The position numbers and the translations under genes were made by a program. A DNA stretch of 64,000 bases, taken from NCBI GenBank assembly GCA_029006345.1, contig JAQXGK010000032.1, forward strand, positions 8,566-72,565, in the 5' to 3' direction. This document shows positions 1 through 9,636 of this stretch, piece after piece; the stretch's first letter is position 1, and each line of letters opens with the position of its first letter. This DNA comes from Bacillota bacterium (GTDB taxonomy: Bacteria; Bacillota; Clostridia; Oscillospirales; SIG627). The notes beneath the pieces were generated by a model. The model was not told where the DNA came from and made no database searches. It saw only the letters and a program-made list of their open reading frames with translations.

Positions 1-410
1 GACGAATTTTGCTGATTTACAGTGTCAATAAAGCTTCCGCTTTCGGCGGGTTGTACGGCAACGATTTTGCAATTGAGCTTCTTCTCCACAAGATAGTTTC
101 TGTATGATATTGCCAGGCTGTATGAGTCGCTCAAAGAATCAGGCAGCACAGTCGAATAGTCGGACGCGGCAATTCTAAGCTCTGCACCGTCGAAATCGAT
201 GTCGGGCAATTGATTCAACAGCGATTCCGCTTCCGTAAAATAGCTCTTTACCGAGGAGTAATTAATGTCAGTGTCATCCTGAGTGCTGTTTATGGTTTTT
301 TTTGCTTGCTCATCCGATTCAGAAGAGCAAGAAACAAGAGACACAATAAATACGATAATCAAAATCAAAGATACAAGCCGCAAAAGCCTGTTTCGGATCA
401 TCCTGTTCAT
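1..410 (-). CDS. lipoprotein, N-terminal part only (gene runs off the left window edge)
   Basis: Not in the ORF track because it is open at the edge. Reverse-strand ATG at 410 with GGAG about 8 nt upstream. Translation MNRMIRNRLLRLVSLILIIVFIVSLVSCSSESDEQ gives a signal peptide plus lipobox (LVSC). The frame stays open to position 1. Confidence 0.5.
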   Translation of the reverse strand, partial: MNRMIRNRLLRLVSLILIIVFIVSLVSCSSESDEQAKKTINSTQDDTDINYSSVKSYFTEAESLLNQLPDIDFDGAELRIAASDYSTVLPDSLSDSYSLAISYRNYLVEKKLNCKIVAVQPAESGSFIDTVNQQNS

Positions 411-545
411 ACCTATTCTCCGAATAATTTTATATTTATATGATACCATTATTCACATTTAATGTCAATCTTCGCGCTACTGTCATATTTTCCCCAAAAT
501 GCTGATGATATATTACTTTTTGCGCTATTTTTAGAGTATATTCTA

Positions 546-574
546 TTGCCTTTTATTTTTGCAGGTGGTATAAT
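546..574 (+). promoter_or_regulatory. sigma-A promoter of the oxidoreductase operon
   Basis: TTGCCT-17 nt-TATAAT with TGg (extended -10). The leader to the first CDS is about 100 nt. Confidence 0.55.
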
Positions 575-678
575 AGTCATTAAATATAGATTCGGCAAAT
601 ACCATATCTATGTACAATTCTTACGGAAGGGTTATTCCCGAAACAGGAGTTATTTCCAAACGGGAAAAAGGTAATTTT

Positions 679-891
679 ATGAACAAAGTAACCTTTAACG
701 TGGACTTATGCAAGGGCTGCGGACTATGCGTTACTGCTTGTCCCAAGAAGATAATATCACTTGACAAGACCACGCTCAACAAAAAGGGATATCATCCCGC
801 CGGCATTACCGACGCTTCTAAGTGCATTGCCTGTGCTTTCTGCGCTACCATGTGCCCGGATGTTGTCATTAAAGTTGAGAAATTAGATTAA
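679..891 (+). CDS. 2-oxoacid:ferredoxin oxidoreductase delta subunit (2x[4Fe-4S] ferredoxin-like)
   Basis: Two CxxCxxCxxxCP motifs (CKGCGLCVTACP, CIACAFCATMCP). It is the first gene of the oxidoreductase operon. ORF 610..891 was trimmed to ATG 679 (MNKVTF). Confidence 0.8.
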   Translation: MNKVTFNVDLCKGCGLCVTACPKKIISLDKTTLNKKGYHPAGITDASKCIACAFCATMCPDVVIKVEKLD

Positions 892-906
892 GTATAGGAG
901 TTCAAA

Positions 907-1974
907 ATGAGTAAAGTACTTATGAAGGGCAACGAGGTAATCGCAGAGGCTGCCATAAAAGCAGGCTGCCGTCTTTACTTCGGATACCCCATCACACCTC
1001 AAACGGAAATTTCCGAAACACTTGCAAAGAGAATGCCTAAAATCGGCGGTCTCTGCCTTCAGGCAGAAAGTGAAATTGCCGCAATCAACATGGTCCTCGG
1101 CGCGGCAAGCACCGGTAACAGAGTTCTGACATCCTCCTCCTCGCCCGGACTCAGCTTGAAGAGCGAGGGCGTTTCCTACATAGTCGGAAGCGATCTTCCC
1201 TGCGTTATCGTCAATGTACAGCGCGGCGGCCCCGGACTCGGCGGTATTCAGCCCAGTCAGGCCGACTATTTTCAGGCTACAAAGGCACTCGGACACGGCG
1301 ATATGCACATAATCGTACTTGCGCCTGCTCATGTTCAGGAAATCGCCGATATTACAATGGAGGCATTCGATCTTGCCGACATCTACCGCACACCAGTTAT
1401 GATTCTTGCCGACGGCGCTCTCGGTCAGATGATGGAGCCGGTTGATTTTGAAAGCCACAAGAGCAGAGAAATTCCCGAAAAAACATGGGCCTGCAACGGA
1501 CATCAGGGCGGCAGAGTACATAATATAGTAAACTCGCTTTACATCCAGCCCGACGAACTCGAAGATATCGTCAACGAGCGTTTCAAGAGATACGAGTATA
1601 TCAAAGAACACGAGGTTAAAAGCGAGGAGTATCTCACCGAAGACGCCGATATAGTAATAGTATCCTTCGGTATAACGTCGCGCATTGCAAAAACCGCTAT
1701 AGACCGGGCAAGAAGCGAAGGCATCAAAGTGGGACTTCTCCGCCCCATTACAGTATGGCCCTTCCCGGAAAAGGCAATTCTCAAGCTTACAGAGACTGCA
1801 AAGGCATTTCTTTCGCTTGAGCTCAACAAGGGTCAGATGGTGGACGATGTTAAGCTCGCTACACAGTTTAAGAGACCGGTTGAGTTCTACGGCCGCACAG
1901 GCGGTATGCTGCCCTCTGTTGATGAGGTATACAACAAAATCGTTGAGATGAACAAGACATACGGGAGGAACTAA
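907..1974 (+). CDS. 2-oxoacid:ferredoxin oxidoreductase alpha subunit
   Basis: 355 aa. N-terminus MKGNEVIAEAAIKAGCRLYFGYPITPQTEI is typical of KorA/VorB-type alpha subunits, and the gene is followed by beta and gamma subunits. Confidence 0.9.
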   Translation: MSKVLMKGNEVIAEAAIKAGCRLYFGYPITPQTEISETLAKRMPKIGGLCLQAESEIAAINMVLGAASTGNRVLTSSSSPGLSLKSEGVSYIVGSDLPCVIVNVQRGGPGLGGIQPSQADYFQATKALGHGDMHIIVLAPAHVQEIADITMEAFDLADIYRTPVMILADGALGQMMEPVDFESHKSREIPEKTWACNGHQGGRVHNIVNSLYIQPDELEDIVNERFKRYEYIKEHEVKSEEYLTEDADIVIVSFGITSRIAKTAIDRARSEGIKVGLLRPITVWPFPEKAILKLTETAKAFLSLELNKGQMVDDVKLATQFKRPVEFYGRTGGMLPSVDEVYNKIVEMNKTYGRN

Positions 1975-1977
1975 AAA

Positions 1978-2727
1978 ATGGTAGTATTTGATAAACCCAA
2001 GGCATTGACCGATACTCCGTTTCATTACTGCCCCGGCTGCACGCACGGTATAGTTCACCGTCTTGTTGCCGAAGCGATAGATGAGCTCGGATGCGAAGGC
2101 AGAACCGTCGGTGTTGCGCCGGTCGGATGCTCGGTTTTTGCATACAATTATTTTAACTGTGATATGATTGAAGCCGCTCACGGAAGGGCTCCTGCAGTTG
2201 CCACAGGCGTTAAGCGTGCCATGCCGGATAATATAGTATTTACTTATCAGGGCGACGGCGACTTAGCGGCAATCGGTACTGCCGAGACAGTACACTCTGC
2301 CGCACGCGGTGAAAATATCACAATCATATTCATAAACAACGCAATTTACGGTATGACCGGCGGTCAGATGGCTCCCACTACACTCCCCGGTCAGGTCTCC
2401 ACTACAAGCCCTTACGGACGCGACCCCAAGATACAGGGCACTCCCCTGAAAATCTGCGAAATGCTGTCCACGCTTGACGGAACAACCTTTGCTCAGCGTG
2501 TTGCCGTTGACTCGGTAGCTCATATCAAGGAAGCAAAGAAAGCAATCAAGAAGGGATTTGAGATCCAGAACAACAAACAGGGCTTCTCTATTATCGAGGT
2601 CCTCTCCTCCTGCCCGACAAACTGGGGCAAAACACCCGAGCAGGCGCTTGAATGGATAAGAACCGATATGATTCCGTACTATCCGCTCGGCGTTTACAAG
2701 GATAAAACCGCAAAGGAGGATAAATAA
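1978..2727 (+). CDS. 2-oxoacid:ferredoxin oxidoreductase beta subunit (TPP-binding)
   Basis: 249 aa. Has CPGCTHG and the TPP motif YQGDGDLAAIG...NNAIYGMTGGQ. Starts 4 nt after the alpha stop. Confidence 0.9.
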   Translation: MVVFDKPKALTDTPFHYCPGCTHGIVHRLVAEAIDELGCEGRTVGVAPVGCSVFAYNYFNCDMIEAAHGRAPAVATGVKRAMPDNIVFTYQGDGDLAAIGTAETVHSAARGENITIIFINNAIYGMTGGQMAPTTLPGQVSTTSPYGRDPKIQGTPLKICEMLSTLDGTTFAQRVAVDSVAHIKEAKKAIKKGFEIQNNKQGFSIIEVLSSCPTNWGKTPEQALEWIRTDMIPYYPLGVYKDKTAKEDK

Positions 2728-2728
2728 T

Positions 2729-3262
2729 ATGTATAAGATTCTTCTCGCCGGTTTCGGCGGTCAGGGCATTCTTTTTGCCGGCAAGCAGCTTGCAACTGCA
2801 GGCATGAAGGCCGATAAGAATGTTACTTGGCTTCCCTCCTACGGCCCGGAAATGCGCGGCGGCACCTGTAACTGCTCTGTCATAGTATCAGATACAGAAA
2901 TAGGGTCTCCCCTTGTTGATAATCCCAATATTTTCCTTTGCTTCAACCTGCCCTCATATTATAAATTCGAAAGCAAGGTTGAAAAGGACGGCATTATGAT
3001 ATGCGACAGTTCGCTTATCAGTGAAAAGTCAAAAAGAACCGATATAAAGGCACTCTACATTCCCGCTACCGAGCTTGCCGACAAGGCAGGACTCTCCGGT
3101 AAAGCAAATGTCGTTATACTCGGTTATCTTATTAAGGCATCCAAGATGTTTGATTACGATTTCTTTAAGCAGCTGATGGTAGACTCCATCAAGGAAAAGA
3201 AACCGGCGCTTGCGGAAGCAAACGAAAAGGCGCTCGTTCTCGGCTACAACTACGAGGGCTAA
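2729..3262 (+). CDS. 2-oxoacid:ferredoxin oxidoreductase gamma subunit
   Basis: 177 aa. AGFGGQGILFAGK motif. Directly abuts the beta subunit gene. Confidence 0.9.
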   Translation: MYKILLAGFGGQGILFAGKQLATAGMKADKNVTWLPSYGPEMRGGTCNCSVIVSDTEIGSPLVDNPNIFLCFNLPSYYKFESKVEKDGIMICDSSLISEKSKRTDIKALYIPATELADKAGLSGKANVVILGYLIKASKMFDYDFFKQLMVDSIKEKKPALAEANEKALVLGYNYEG

Positions 3263-3272
3263 ACACTAACTT

Positions 3273-3300
3273 AAAGCCGAGCCTTGCGCTCGGCTTTAAT
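3273..3300 (+). terminator. terminator after the oxidoreductase operon
   Basis: 10-bp stem AAAGCCGAGC/GCTCGGCTTT with loop CTTGC. The T-tract is short. Confidence 0.6.
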
Positions 3301-3338
3301 TGTATTGCTACCGCAAAAAACTAATAACGGAGGTTTGA

Positions 3339-4115
3339 ATGAACAGCGGTCTTACAAAAGCAACGGTAAATCTAAAAAAATTAATCAGTGCTTTTTCCTA
3401 TGCGGGAAAAGATTTCTTTTGCTCCGCTGTTATAACAGCCGCCGGAAGCAGCACCAGAATGAACACTGACGGCTCAAATATATCAAAGCAACTTTTGGAG
3501 CTTGACGGAAAGCCTGTCCTTTCCTACAGTATAACTGCTTTTAACGACAGTAAATATTGCAAAGAAATAATAGTTGTTGTAAAAGCAAGCGAAAAGGACG
3601 AGATTCAAAAGCTTATCGCAGGCATGAAACTTGATATACCCGTCAAGGTTGCCGTCGGCGCAGGCACGAGAGCACAGTCGGTAAAAAACGGATTTCTAAC
3701 GGTATCGGATAAATGCAAATATGTCGCTATTCATGACGGCGCCCGTCCTCTTATAACGGCACAGGCAATAGACAGGCTGTACGAAGCTGCATTTCGCCAC
3801 GGCGCGGCTTGTGCCGCTACAAAGGTCAGCGACAGTATGAAGCGCGCCGATAAATCGGGCTTTATCAGCGCAACAGTCGACAGAGACGGGCTTTATGCTG
3901 TCCAGACTCCGCAGGTCTTTATGAAGGATATGTACTCCGCCTCCGTCGCCGTGATGGACAAAGCGCGTGAATATACCGACGACTGCGCAATAGTCAGCGA
4001 CGCCGGATTCAGGATTAAGCTTGTAAATATCGGATGTGATAATATCAAGTTGACAGTAAAAGACGACATATCGCTTTCCGAAATGCTGCTGAAAGCAAGA
4101 AAGGAAAACAAGTGA
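3339..4115 (+). CDS. ispD: 2-C-methyl-D-erythritol 4-phosphate cytidylyltransferase
   Basis: AVITAAGSSTRM P-loop-like motif and VAIHDGARPL. GGAGG lies 5 nt upstream of the ATG. The 3' end overlaps the ispF start by 4 nt. Confidence 0.9.
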   Translation: MNSGLTKATVNLKKLISAFSYAGKDFFCSAVITAAGSSTRMNTDGSNISKQLLELDGKPVLSYSITAFNDSKYCKEIIVVVKASEKDEIQKLIAGMKLDIPVKVAVGAGTRAQSVKNGFLTVSDKCKYVAIHDGARPLITAQAIDRLYEAAFRHGAACAATKVSDSMKRADKSGFISATVDRDGLYAVQTPQVFMKDMYSASVAVMDKAREYTDDCAIVSDAGFRIKLVNIGCDNIKLTVKDDISLSEMLLKARKENK

Positions 4116-4591
4116 AGACCAAGATAGGACACGGCTACGATGTGCATAGATTTGCGCCGGAGCGCGAGCTTTGGATAGGATGCGTGAAAATACCGTATGA
4201 AATGGGTTTAATGGGACATTCTGATGCGGATGTGCTGACCCACGCTGTAATCGACGCGCTGTTCGGCGCGGCGGGACTTCCCGATATAGGAGCGCATTTT
4301 CCGGATACCGACGACCGCTATAAAGGCATATCCGGCGAAAAGCTGCTCATGCTGACAAGAGAAATTCTCACCGAGCACGGCATTACGATCGGAAATATTG
4401 ATTGTACAGTTATAGCCGAGCAGCCAAAGCTTAAAAAATACATTTCGGACATGCGCCGTGCAATGTCGCTTGCGCTCGGGATTAATCTCGATGACATAAA
4501 TATAAAAGCCACCACAGAAGAAAAGCTCGGTTTTACCGGACGGCTTGAAGGCATATCAGCTCATGCGGTTTGCCTTATTAATATCAAATAA
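4112..4591 (+). CDS. ispF: 2-C-methyl-D-erythritol 2,4-cyclodiphosphate synthase
   Basis: IGHGYDVHRF...GHSDADVLTHA...PDTD motifs. The GTG start overlaps the ispD TGA. Confidence 0.95.
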   Translation: MKTKIGHGYDVHRFAPERELWIGCVKIPYEMGLMGHSDADVLTHAVIDALFGAAGLPDIGAHFPDTDDRYKGISGEKLLMLTREILTEHGITIGNIDCTVIAEQPKLKKYISDMRRAMSLALGINLDDINIKATTEEKLGFTGRLEGISAHAVCLINIK

Positions 4592-4603
4592 AGGAATTAA
4601 GAA

Positions 4604-6469
4604 ATGAACATTAAACTCACAGGCGATTGTGCCGATCTCAAAGAAGGTCTTGAGATACTCAAGGACGAATACAGATGCTCAAAGGACATAGAAATCAACT
4701 GCGTAAAAACAACCGAATTCATACTTAAAGTCAGCTACGACGGCAATAAAGCCGAAATCACCTTCAGTGAAAAAGCCCATTTCTTCCGCGGGGTCGGACT
4801 GCTGTTTGAAAACATAAGTTACGGAAAGGACAGCTTTACCGTCACCGAGCATCCGAGATTCACCATGTGCGGCTCAATGTACGATATCGCTCAGTCCAAT
4901 GCGGTAATCAATACCGATAATGTTAAAAACCTGCTGAGAAAGTCCGCAGTCATGGGTCTGAATATGTTTATGCTTTACTGCGAGGACAACTACGAGGTAA
5001 AGGAATACCCCTATTTCGGATATATGCGAGGTAGATATACCGGAAAGGAAATGAAAATGCTCGATGACTACGCCTATGCGCTCGGAATTGAGCTTATTCC
5101 CTGCATTCAGACGCTTGCCCACCTCAAGGACGCACTTCGCTGGAACGCATACAACGATATGAAGATGGACGCCGATACTCTGCTTGTAGGAGAAGAAAAG
5201 GTTTATGAATTTATCGACGCGCTCATAAAAAGTGCGAGCGAAAACGTCCGCACAAAGCGTATTCACATTGGTATGGATGAAGCTTTTGCGCTGGGTGAAG
5301 GCAAATACCTCACTAAAAACGGCTACAGAAACAGATTTGACATAATGCTTGAGCATCTCGGCAGAGTTCGCGAAATAGTAAACAAATACGGTCTGAAGCC
5401 GATGATTTGGAGCGACATGTTCTTCTCAAGCGCAATCGGAAACTCTGAGTACTACAGCAAAGACTGCGTGATACCTCCCAAGGTTCTCGAAGCATACCCG
5501 AAAGATGTTACTCTTGTTTACTGGGATTATTACCGCGATGACAAAGAATTTTACCGCGAATATATAGCAAAGCACAGGGCCTTCGGCACCGAACCGGTAT
5601 TCGCCGGCGGTGTTCACACCTGGTACAGCATTGCCCCGTGGGAGCAGCGCTCAATAGATTATACCGATGCCGCTTTGCAGGTTTGCGCTGAAGAAGGAAT
5701 TAAAGAAGTATTCTGCACCATTTGGGGCGACGACAACACCGAGGCTCATATATACACCACCTTACAGGGACTTCAGCTCTTTGCCGAAATCAATTTTAAC
5801 GGTCCGTATAATGAGCAGGAATTTGCAAAGAGATTCAAATACTGCACGGACATTAACCTCGACGATTTCAAGGTTTTGGCCGAAATTGAGTGTCTCCCAG
5901 GACATTCAAACGGTCTCAACCCCGGAAATGTATATTCAAAGGCATTCATGTGGCTTGACGTTTTGCTCGGCTTCGACGACAAATTCTTTGATAACGGCGA
6001 GGGTGAAAAAATCGAAGCTCACTACAGAAGCTGTGCGGATAGAATTTCTTCTGCAAAAACAAGAAACGGCGAATTCAACAATATTTACGAATACTACGAG
6101 CTTGTTTGCCGCGCTCTTGAGTATAAGGCTTCTATCGGCAACAGACTAATAGGCGCATATAAAAAGAGCAAATCGGCGCTTAAACAAGAACTTCCCCGCC
6201 TTGAAGAGCTCAAAAAGCGAATGACAAAGCTTAAGGATTATCACAGAAAAGACTGGTACATGATTAACAAGCCCTTCGGCTGGGAAGTCATGGAACAGCG
6301 GTATGCAACGGTTATTATGCGTACCGACACAGCTATATTTCGTATAAATGAATACTTAAACGGTACTGTTGACAAGTTGGAAGAGCTGGAGGCCGAAAGA
6401 CTCGCGCCGGATCTTTTCATCAACGCTTACTCATATTTGTTCAGCGCAAGCCGCGCAAGCATCATTTAA
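4604..6469 (+). CDS. GH20-family-like beta-N-acetylhexosaminidase (cytoplasmic, no signal peptide)
   Basis: 621 aa. RIHIGMDEA resembles the GH20 H-x-G-x-D-E catalytic motif, and the surrounding sequence looks like a TIM barrel. The family call is from memory of this motif only. Confidence 0.65.
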   Translation: MNIKLTGDCADLKEGLEILKDEYRCSKDIEINCVKTTEFILKVSYDGNKAEITFSEKAHFFRGVGLLFENISYGKDSFTVTEHPRFTMCGSMYDIAQSNAVINTDNVKNLLRKSAVMGLNMFMLYCEDNYEVKEYPYFGYMRGRYTGKEMKMLDDYAYALGIELIPCIQTLAHLKDALRWNAYNDMKMDADTLLVGEEKVYEFIDALIKSASENVRTKRIHIGMDEAFALGEGKYLTKNGYRNRFDIMLEHLGRVREIVNKYGLKPMIWSDMFFSSAIGNSEYYSKDCVIPPKVLEAYPKDVTLVYWDYYRDDKEFYREYIAKHRAFGTEPVFAGGVHTWYSIAPWEQRSIDYTDAALQVCAEEGIKEVFCTIWGDDNTEAHIYTTLQGLQLFAEINFNGPYNEQEFAKRFKYCTDINLDDFKVLAEIECLPGHSNGLNPGNVYSKAFMWLDVLLGFDDKFFDNGEGEKIEAHYRSCADRISSAKTRNGEFNNIYEYYELVCRALEYKASIGNRLIGAYKKSKSALKQELPRLEELKKRMTKLKDYHRKDWYMINKPFGWEVMEQRYATVIMRTDTAIFRINEYLNGTVDKLEELEAERLAPDLFINAYSYLFSASRASII

Positions 6470-6476
6470 TATCAGT

Positions 6477-6516
6477 ACACCCGAAAGGCATTGACCTCTC
6501 GGGTGTCTTAATTTTT
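6477..6516 (+). terminator. terminator after the GH20-like gene
   Basis: Stem ACACCCGA...TCGGGTGT, extended by 3 further pairs, followed by CTTAATTTTT. Confidence 0.7.
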
Positions 6517-6528
6517 GCTGATACATAC

Positions 6529-6560
6529 AAAAAGGATGCGCTCGAAGCGCACCCTTTTTG
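6529..6560. terminator. bidirectional terminator (serves the minus-strand acidic zinc-ribbon gene)
   Basis: A5-GGATGCGC-tcgaa-GCGCACCC-T5. Pairing is best on the reverse strand. Confidence 0.7.
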
Positions 6561-6565
6561 ATTTT

Positions 6566-6985
6566 TTACTTATCTATAATATCGCTGAATTCCGTGCCGC
6601 AGTTGGGACAAATCACTCTTGAGGGATCAATGGAATCGTCAAGTACGACTTTCTCCTGGCAATTCGGGCAGGTAACTTCAAAGAACTGATCGTCATCGAA
6701 GTCGTCGTCATAATCCTCGTCGCAGCAATCACAATCGTCGTCATCACAGCAACAGCAGTCGTCTTCGTCGTATATAAGCTCCTCAAGATCGCCGAGATCC
6801 TCATCAATCTCTTCAATATAATCATTGAGAGTGGAAACCTCCTGATTCATGTCCTCGATATCGACAGACATATCGTCAAGAATCTCGCAAATTGCCTTAA
6901 GAATTTTCCCCTCATTGGTGGTTGTATCGAAATTCATGCCTTCCATAAGGCCCTTGAGATATGCAACCTTTTCAGTAACTGTCAT
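6566..6985 (-). CDS. acidic zinc-ribbon protein with a Cys/Asp-rich tract
   Basis: 139 aa. C-terminal CPNC...CPNC zinc ribbon. Internal DEDDCCCCDDDDCDCCDEDYDDDFDDD tract. Flanked by its own terminator hairpin. Confidence 0.7.
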   Translation of the reverse strand: MTVTEKVAYLKGLMEGMNFDTTTNEGKILKAICEILDDMSVDIEDMNQEVSTLNDYIEEIDEDLGDLEELIYDEDDCCCCDDDDCDCCDEDYDDDFDDDQFFEVTCPNCQEKVVLDDSIDPSRVICPNCGTEFSDIIDK

Positions 6986-7069
6986 ATTTCCCCCTTTTTC
7001 TCCGACGACAAATTATTTTGCCGAAAGCACCCGCAGTCATCGGAAAGCGTGTGCTTCAACCGTCTTCAG

Positions 7070-7627
7070 TTAAACTCTTTCGAGATACTCGCCTGTACGG
7101 GTATCAATCTTAAGAACGTCACCCTCGTTAACAAAAAGCGGAACCTTTATCTCTGCTCCTGTCTCGAGAGTAGCAGGCTTCGTAGTACCGGTCGCGGTAT
7201 CACCCTTTACGCCGGGTTCTGTGTGAGTAACCTCAAGTTCAACAAACATAGGCGGCTCAATACCGAAAACCTTACCCTTATATGAAAGAATACGGCAGGT
7301 ATCGCCTTCCTTGACAAACTTAAAGTTGTCGGGAAGCATATCCTTATTGACAGGGACCTGATCGCCGGTCTCGGCATCCATGAAATAGTAGAGCTCACCG
7401 TCGTCATAAAGATACTGAAGATCCATCTTTTCTATAACAGCAAGCGGGAATTTATCTGTAGGATTGAATGTGCGTTCTACAACCGAGCCGGTAATAACAT
7501 TACGAAGCTTAGTTCTTACGAAAGCCGCGCCCTTTCCGGGCTTAACATGCTGGAACTCGATAATCTGCAACACATTACCGTCGTCCTCGAACGTCACATT
7601 GTTTCTGAAATCTCCTGCCAATATCAT
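7070..7627 (-). CDS. efp: elongation factor P
   Basis: ORF 7070..7720 was trimmed to ATG 7627 ([10 protein letters not shown]...), giving 185 aa. Has the [16 protein letters not shown] motif, GGAGG upstream, and a consensus promoter at 7673..7701. Confidence 0.95.
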   Translation of the reverse strand: MILAGDFRNNVTFEDDGNVLQIIEFQHVKPGKGAAFVRTKLRNVITGSVVERTFNPTDKFPLAVIEKMDLQYLYDDGELYYFMDAETGDQVPVNKDMLPDNFKFVKEGDTCRILSYKGKVFGIEPPMFVELEVTHTEPGVKGDTATGTTKPATLETGAEIKVPLFVNEGDVLKIDTRTGEYLERV

Positions 7628-7672
7628 ATTTATTATTCCTCCATTGAATAAATCATTCCAAAAGTACAAGTA

Positions 7673-7701
7673 ATTATATAATAAAAACCAAAAAAATTCA
7701 A
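7673..7701 (-). promoter_or_regulatory. sigma-A promoter of efp
   Basis: TTGAAT-17 nt-TATAAT on the reverse strand, in the 82-nt gap upstream of efp. Confidence 0.6.
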
Positions 7702-7709
7702 TAGTATAT

Positions 7710-8789
7710 TCAAATTTCAATCAAGTTTTTGGGCGAACGAGTCAGATTTTCAAATCCGTTATCAGTCAATCTGACTATATCCTCGATTCTGACACCAAAG
7801 CGGCCGTTCAGATATATACCCGGCTCAACAGAAACCACCGCACCTGACGGAATGCTCTCGGTATTAACCGCCGAGAATCCCGGAGCTTCATGAATCTCAA
7901 GGCCGAGCGAATGCCCCGTAGAATGACCGAATGTTCCTCTGAAAACAGAGTTGTCTATATAATCGCGCGCCGCTTTATCCACAACATCACCGGAAACACC
8001 GCCGCATATGGCATCAAACGCCGCACTTTGCGCCTTGAGGACGGTTTGATAAACCTCCTTCATTTCATCTGTGGCTCGGCCTAAAACCACCGTACGGGTC
8101 ATATCCGAGCAATAGCCGTCTACCCTGGCTCCGAAATCCATAGTCAAAAATGAATTTTCAGTCAGTTCAACCGCTTCGGGTCTTCCGTGCGGCATTGAAC
8201 TCTTTATTCCGGAAACGGATATCGTTTCAAAGGCAAATCCGTCCGAGCCATGGCAACGCATAAAGTGTTCAAGCTCCCCTGCGACGTCGAGTTCGGTTTT
8301 GCCGACTGCAATAAACCCGAGTATATGCTCAAAGGCTGCGTCTGTAATGCTCTGCGCCGCCTTAATGCATTCTATTTCACGTTTGCTTTTCACTATACGC
8401 ATCTGTTCGATTCTGTTTCCTAATGAATTGAAACGAATCTTAGGAAATTCCTCGCGCAGACACTTAAGCTCGTAGCATGTGGTTCGCCTGTCCTCATATA
8501 GAATGGTTGAAACGCGTTCCGTACGGTTGATTTTATGGATTTCTTCAAATGGGCGGGTATCACTCACAATTATGAAATCCGGAATATCTCCCCTTGCCTT
8601 TGCGGCATAAGCCATTTCCGTATAACGGCTGTCGAGAAAAAGATATGCACGATCGGAAACAATGTAAAGCACTCCGTCGGATGAAGAAAAACCGCTGAGA
8701 TATCTGCGTGAAACTTCATCTGTTATCAGCGCCGCACAGCCCTCATTGATGCCGCTTGCAAACGATTCAATATGATTCAAATCACACAC
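7710..8789 (-). CDS. M24-family Xaa-Pro aminopeptidase
   Basis: 359 aa. Metal ligands of the pita-bread fold are visible ([35 protein letters not shown]...RIED). Confidence 0.85.
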   Translation of the reverse strand: MCDLNHIESFASGINEGCAALITDEVSRRYLSGFSSSDGVLYIVSDRAYLFLDSRYTEMAYAAKARGDIPDFIIVSDTRPFEEIHKINRTERVSTILYEDRRTTCYELKCLREEFPKIRFNSLGNRIEQMRIVKSKREIECIKAAQSITDAAFEHILGFIAVGKTELDVAGELEHFMRCHGSDGFAFETISVSGIKSSMPHGRPEAVELTENSFLTMDFGARVDGYCSDMTRTVVLGRATDEMKEVYQTVLKAQSAAFDAICGGVSGDVVDKAARDYIDNSVFRGTFGHSTGHSLGLEIHEAPGFSAVNTESIPSGAVVSVEPGIYLNGRFGVRIEDIVRLTDNGFENLTRSPKNLIEI

Positions 8790-9636
8790 CCTCTTCCAAA
8801 TACAGCCTCTTCATATAAAGAGCGTCGCGGTCCATTACCCCGTCGGATTCACAAATAACAGTCGGAGAAACCTTCAGCTGCTTAACTGCTTCGATAAATA
8901 ACTCCGGAGACGGCCCGAATACGGTATCTTCAAAAGTCAGATGCTTCTTCTCGCCGCCTGAGGTGTATTCTATTTTTGAAAAATGACAGTGAAGCTCATT
9001 TGCACAAGCATCGCCAAGCTGTTCTCCGATACGGCAAAATACGCGCTTGAAATCCTCGACCGTTGAAAACAATCCGCATTCTCTGGCATTCAGATGGCCG
9101 AAATCAACGACGGGACGAAGTCTCGGGTCGATGGTGCAAATGTCGATAACCTCTTCAAGCGTGCCGAGCTGATTCACCTTTCCCATTGTTTCTATACCGA
9201 GGAAAACATCATCGATACCCATTTTTTCCACCTCGGCAATGGCATGTGTCAAGGTATCCTTAGCGAGATTAACAGCCTGCTGTCTGGAAATCTTTGAAGC
9301 ACTGCCACAATGAATTACTATAATGCCTGCACCCAGCGCATGCGCCGCGGCAACACTTTCCGTGATATATCGGATACTGCCCATGCGCTTCGCCTCTTCT
9401 ATTCCGGACAGCGAAATAAAGTACGGAGCATGAAGCGAAAGCTTTACACCGTTTTGTTTTGCGGCCTCCCCTATCGCTTTGAATGTATCAAGGGACGCAT
9501 TGACGCCTCTGCTGGCCTCATACTCATATGCATCAAGCCCGTATTGCTTAACCCATGCCGGAGCGAATAATGTTGATTTATAACCCGCAGCGGCAAACTC
9601 GCGGGAGTTGCCGCCCGGTCCGAAATGCGCGCTCAT
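8782..9636 (-). CDS. endonuclease IV-like TIM-barrel protein (AP endonuclease family 2)
   Basis: 284 aa. LHAPYFISL, VIHCGS and GIETMG motifs resemble the Nfo / xylose-isomerase-like fold. The precise function is uncertain. Confidence 0.6.
   Translation of the reverse strand: MSAHFGPGGNSREFAAAGYKSTLFAPAWVKQYGLDAYEYEASRGVNASLDTFKAIGEAAKQNGVKLSLHAPYFISLSGIEEAKRMGSIRYITESVAAAHALGAGIIVIHCGSASKISRQQAVNLAKDTLTHAIAEVEKMGIDDVFLGIETMGKVNQLGTLEEVIDICTIDPRLRPVVDFGHLNARECGLFSTVEDFKRVFCRIGEQLGDACANELHCHFSKIEYTSGGEKKHLTFEDTVFGPSPELFIEAVKQLKVSPTVICESDGVMDRDALYMKRLYLEEGV

Noticed and set aside
462-674. 70-aa ORF in the promoter/leader region of the oxidoreductase operon.
   Set aside because: It lies across the TTGCCT-17-TATAAT promoter in an AT-rich intergenic region, has no SD, and its hydrophobic low-complexity translation is typical of AT-rich DNA.
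883-2181. 432-aa ORF antisense to the oxidoreductase alpha and beta subunit genes.
   Set aside because: It is a shadow ORF on the opposite strand of two genes with clear family motifs. Its composition is Cys/Arg/Gly-rich, and it has no SD or recognisable motif.
7628-7720. 31-codon N-terminal extension of the efp ORF ([20 protein letters not shown]...).
   Set aside because: The extension covers the TTGAAT-17-TATAAT promoter and the SD. EF-P of 185 aa starting at MILAGDF fits the family.
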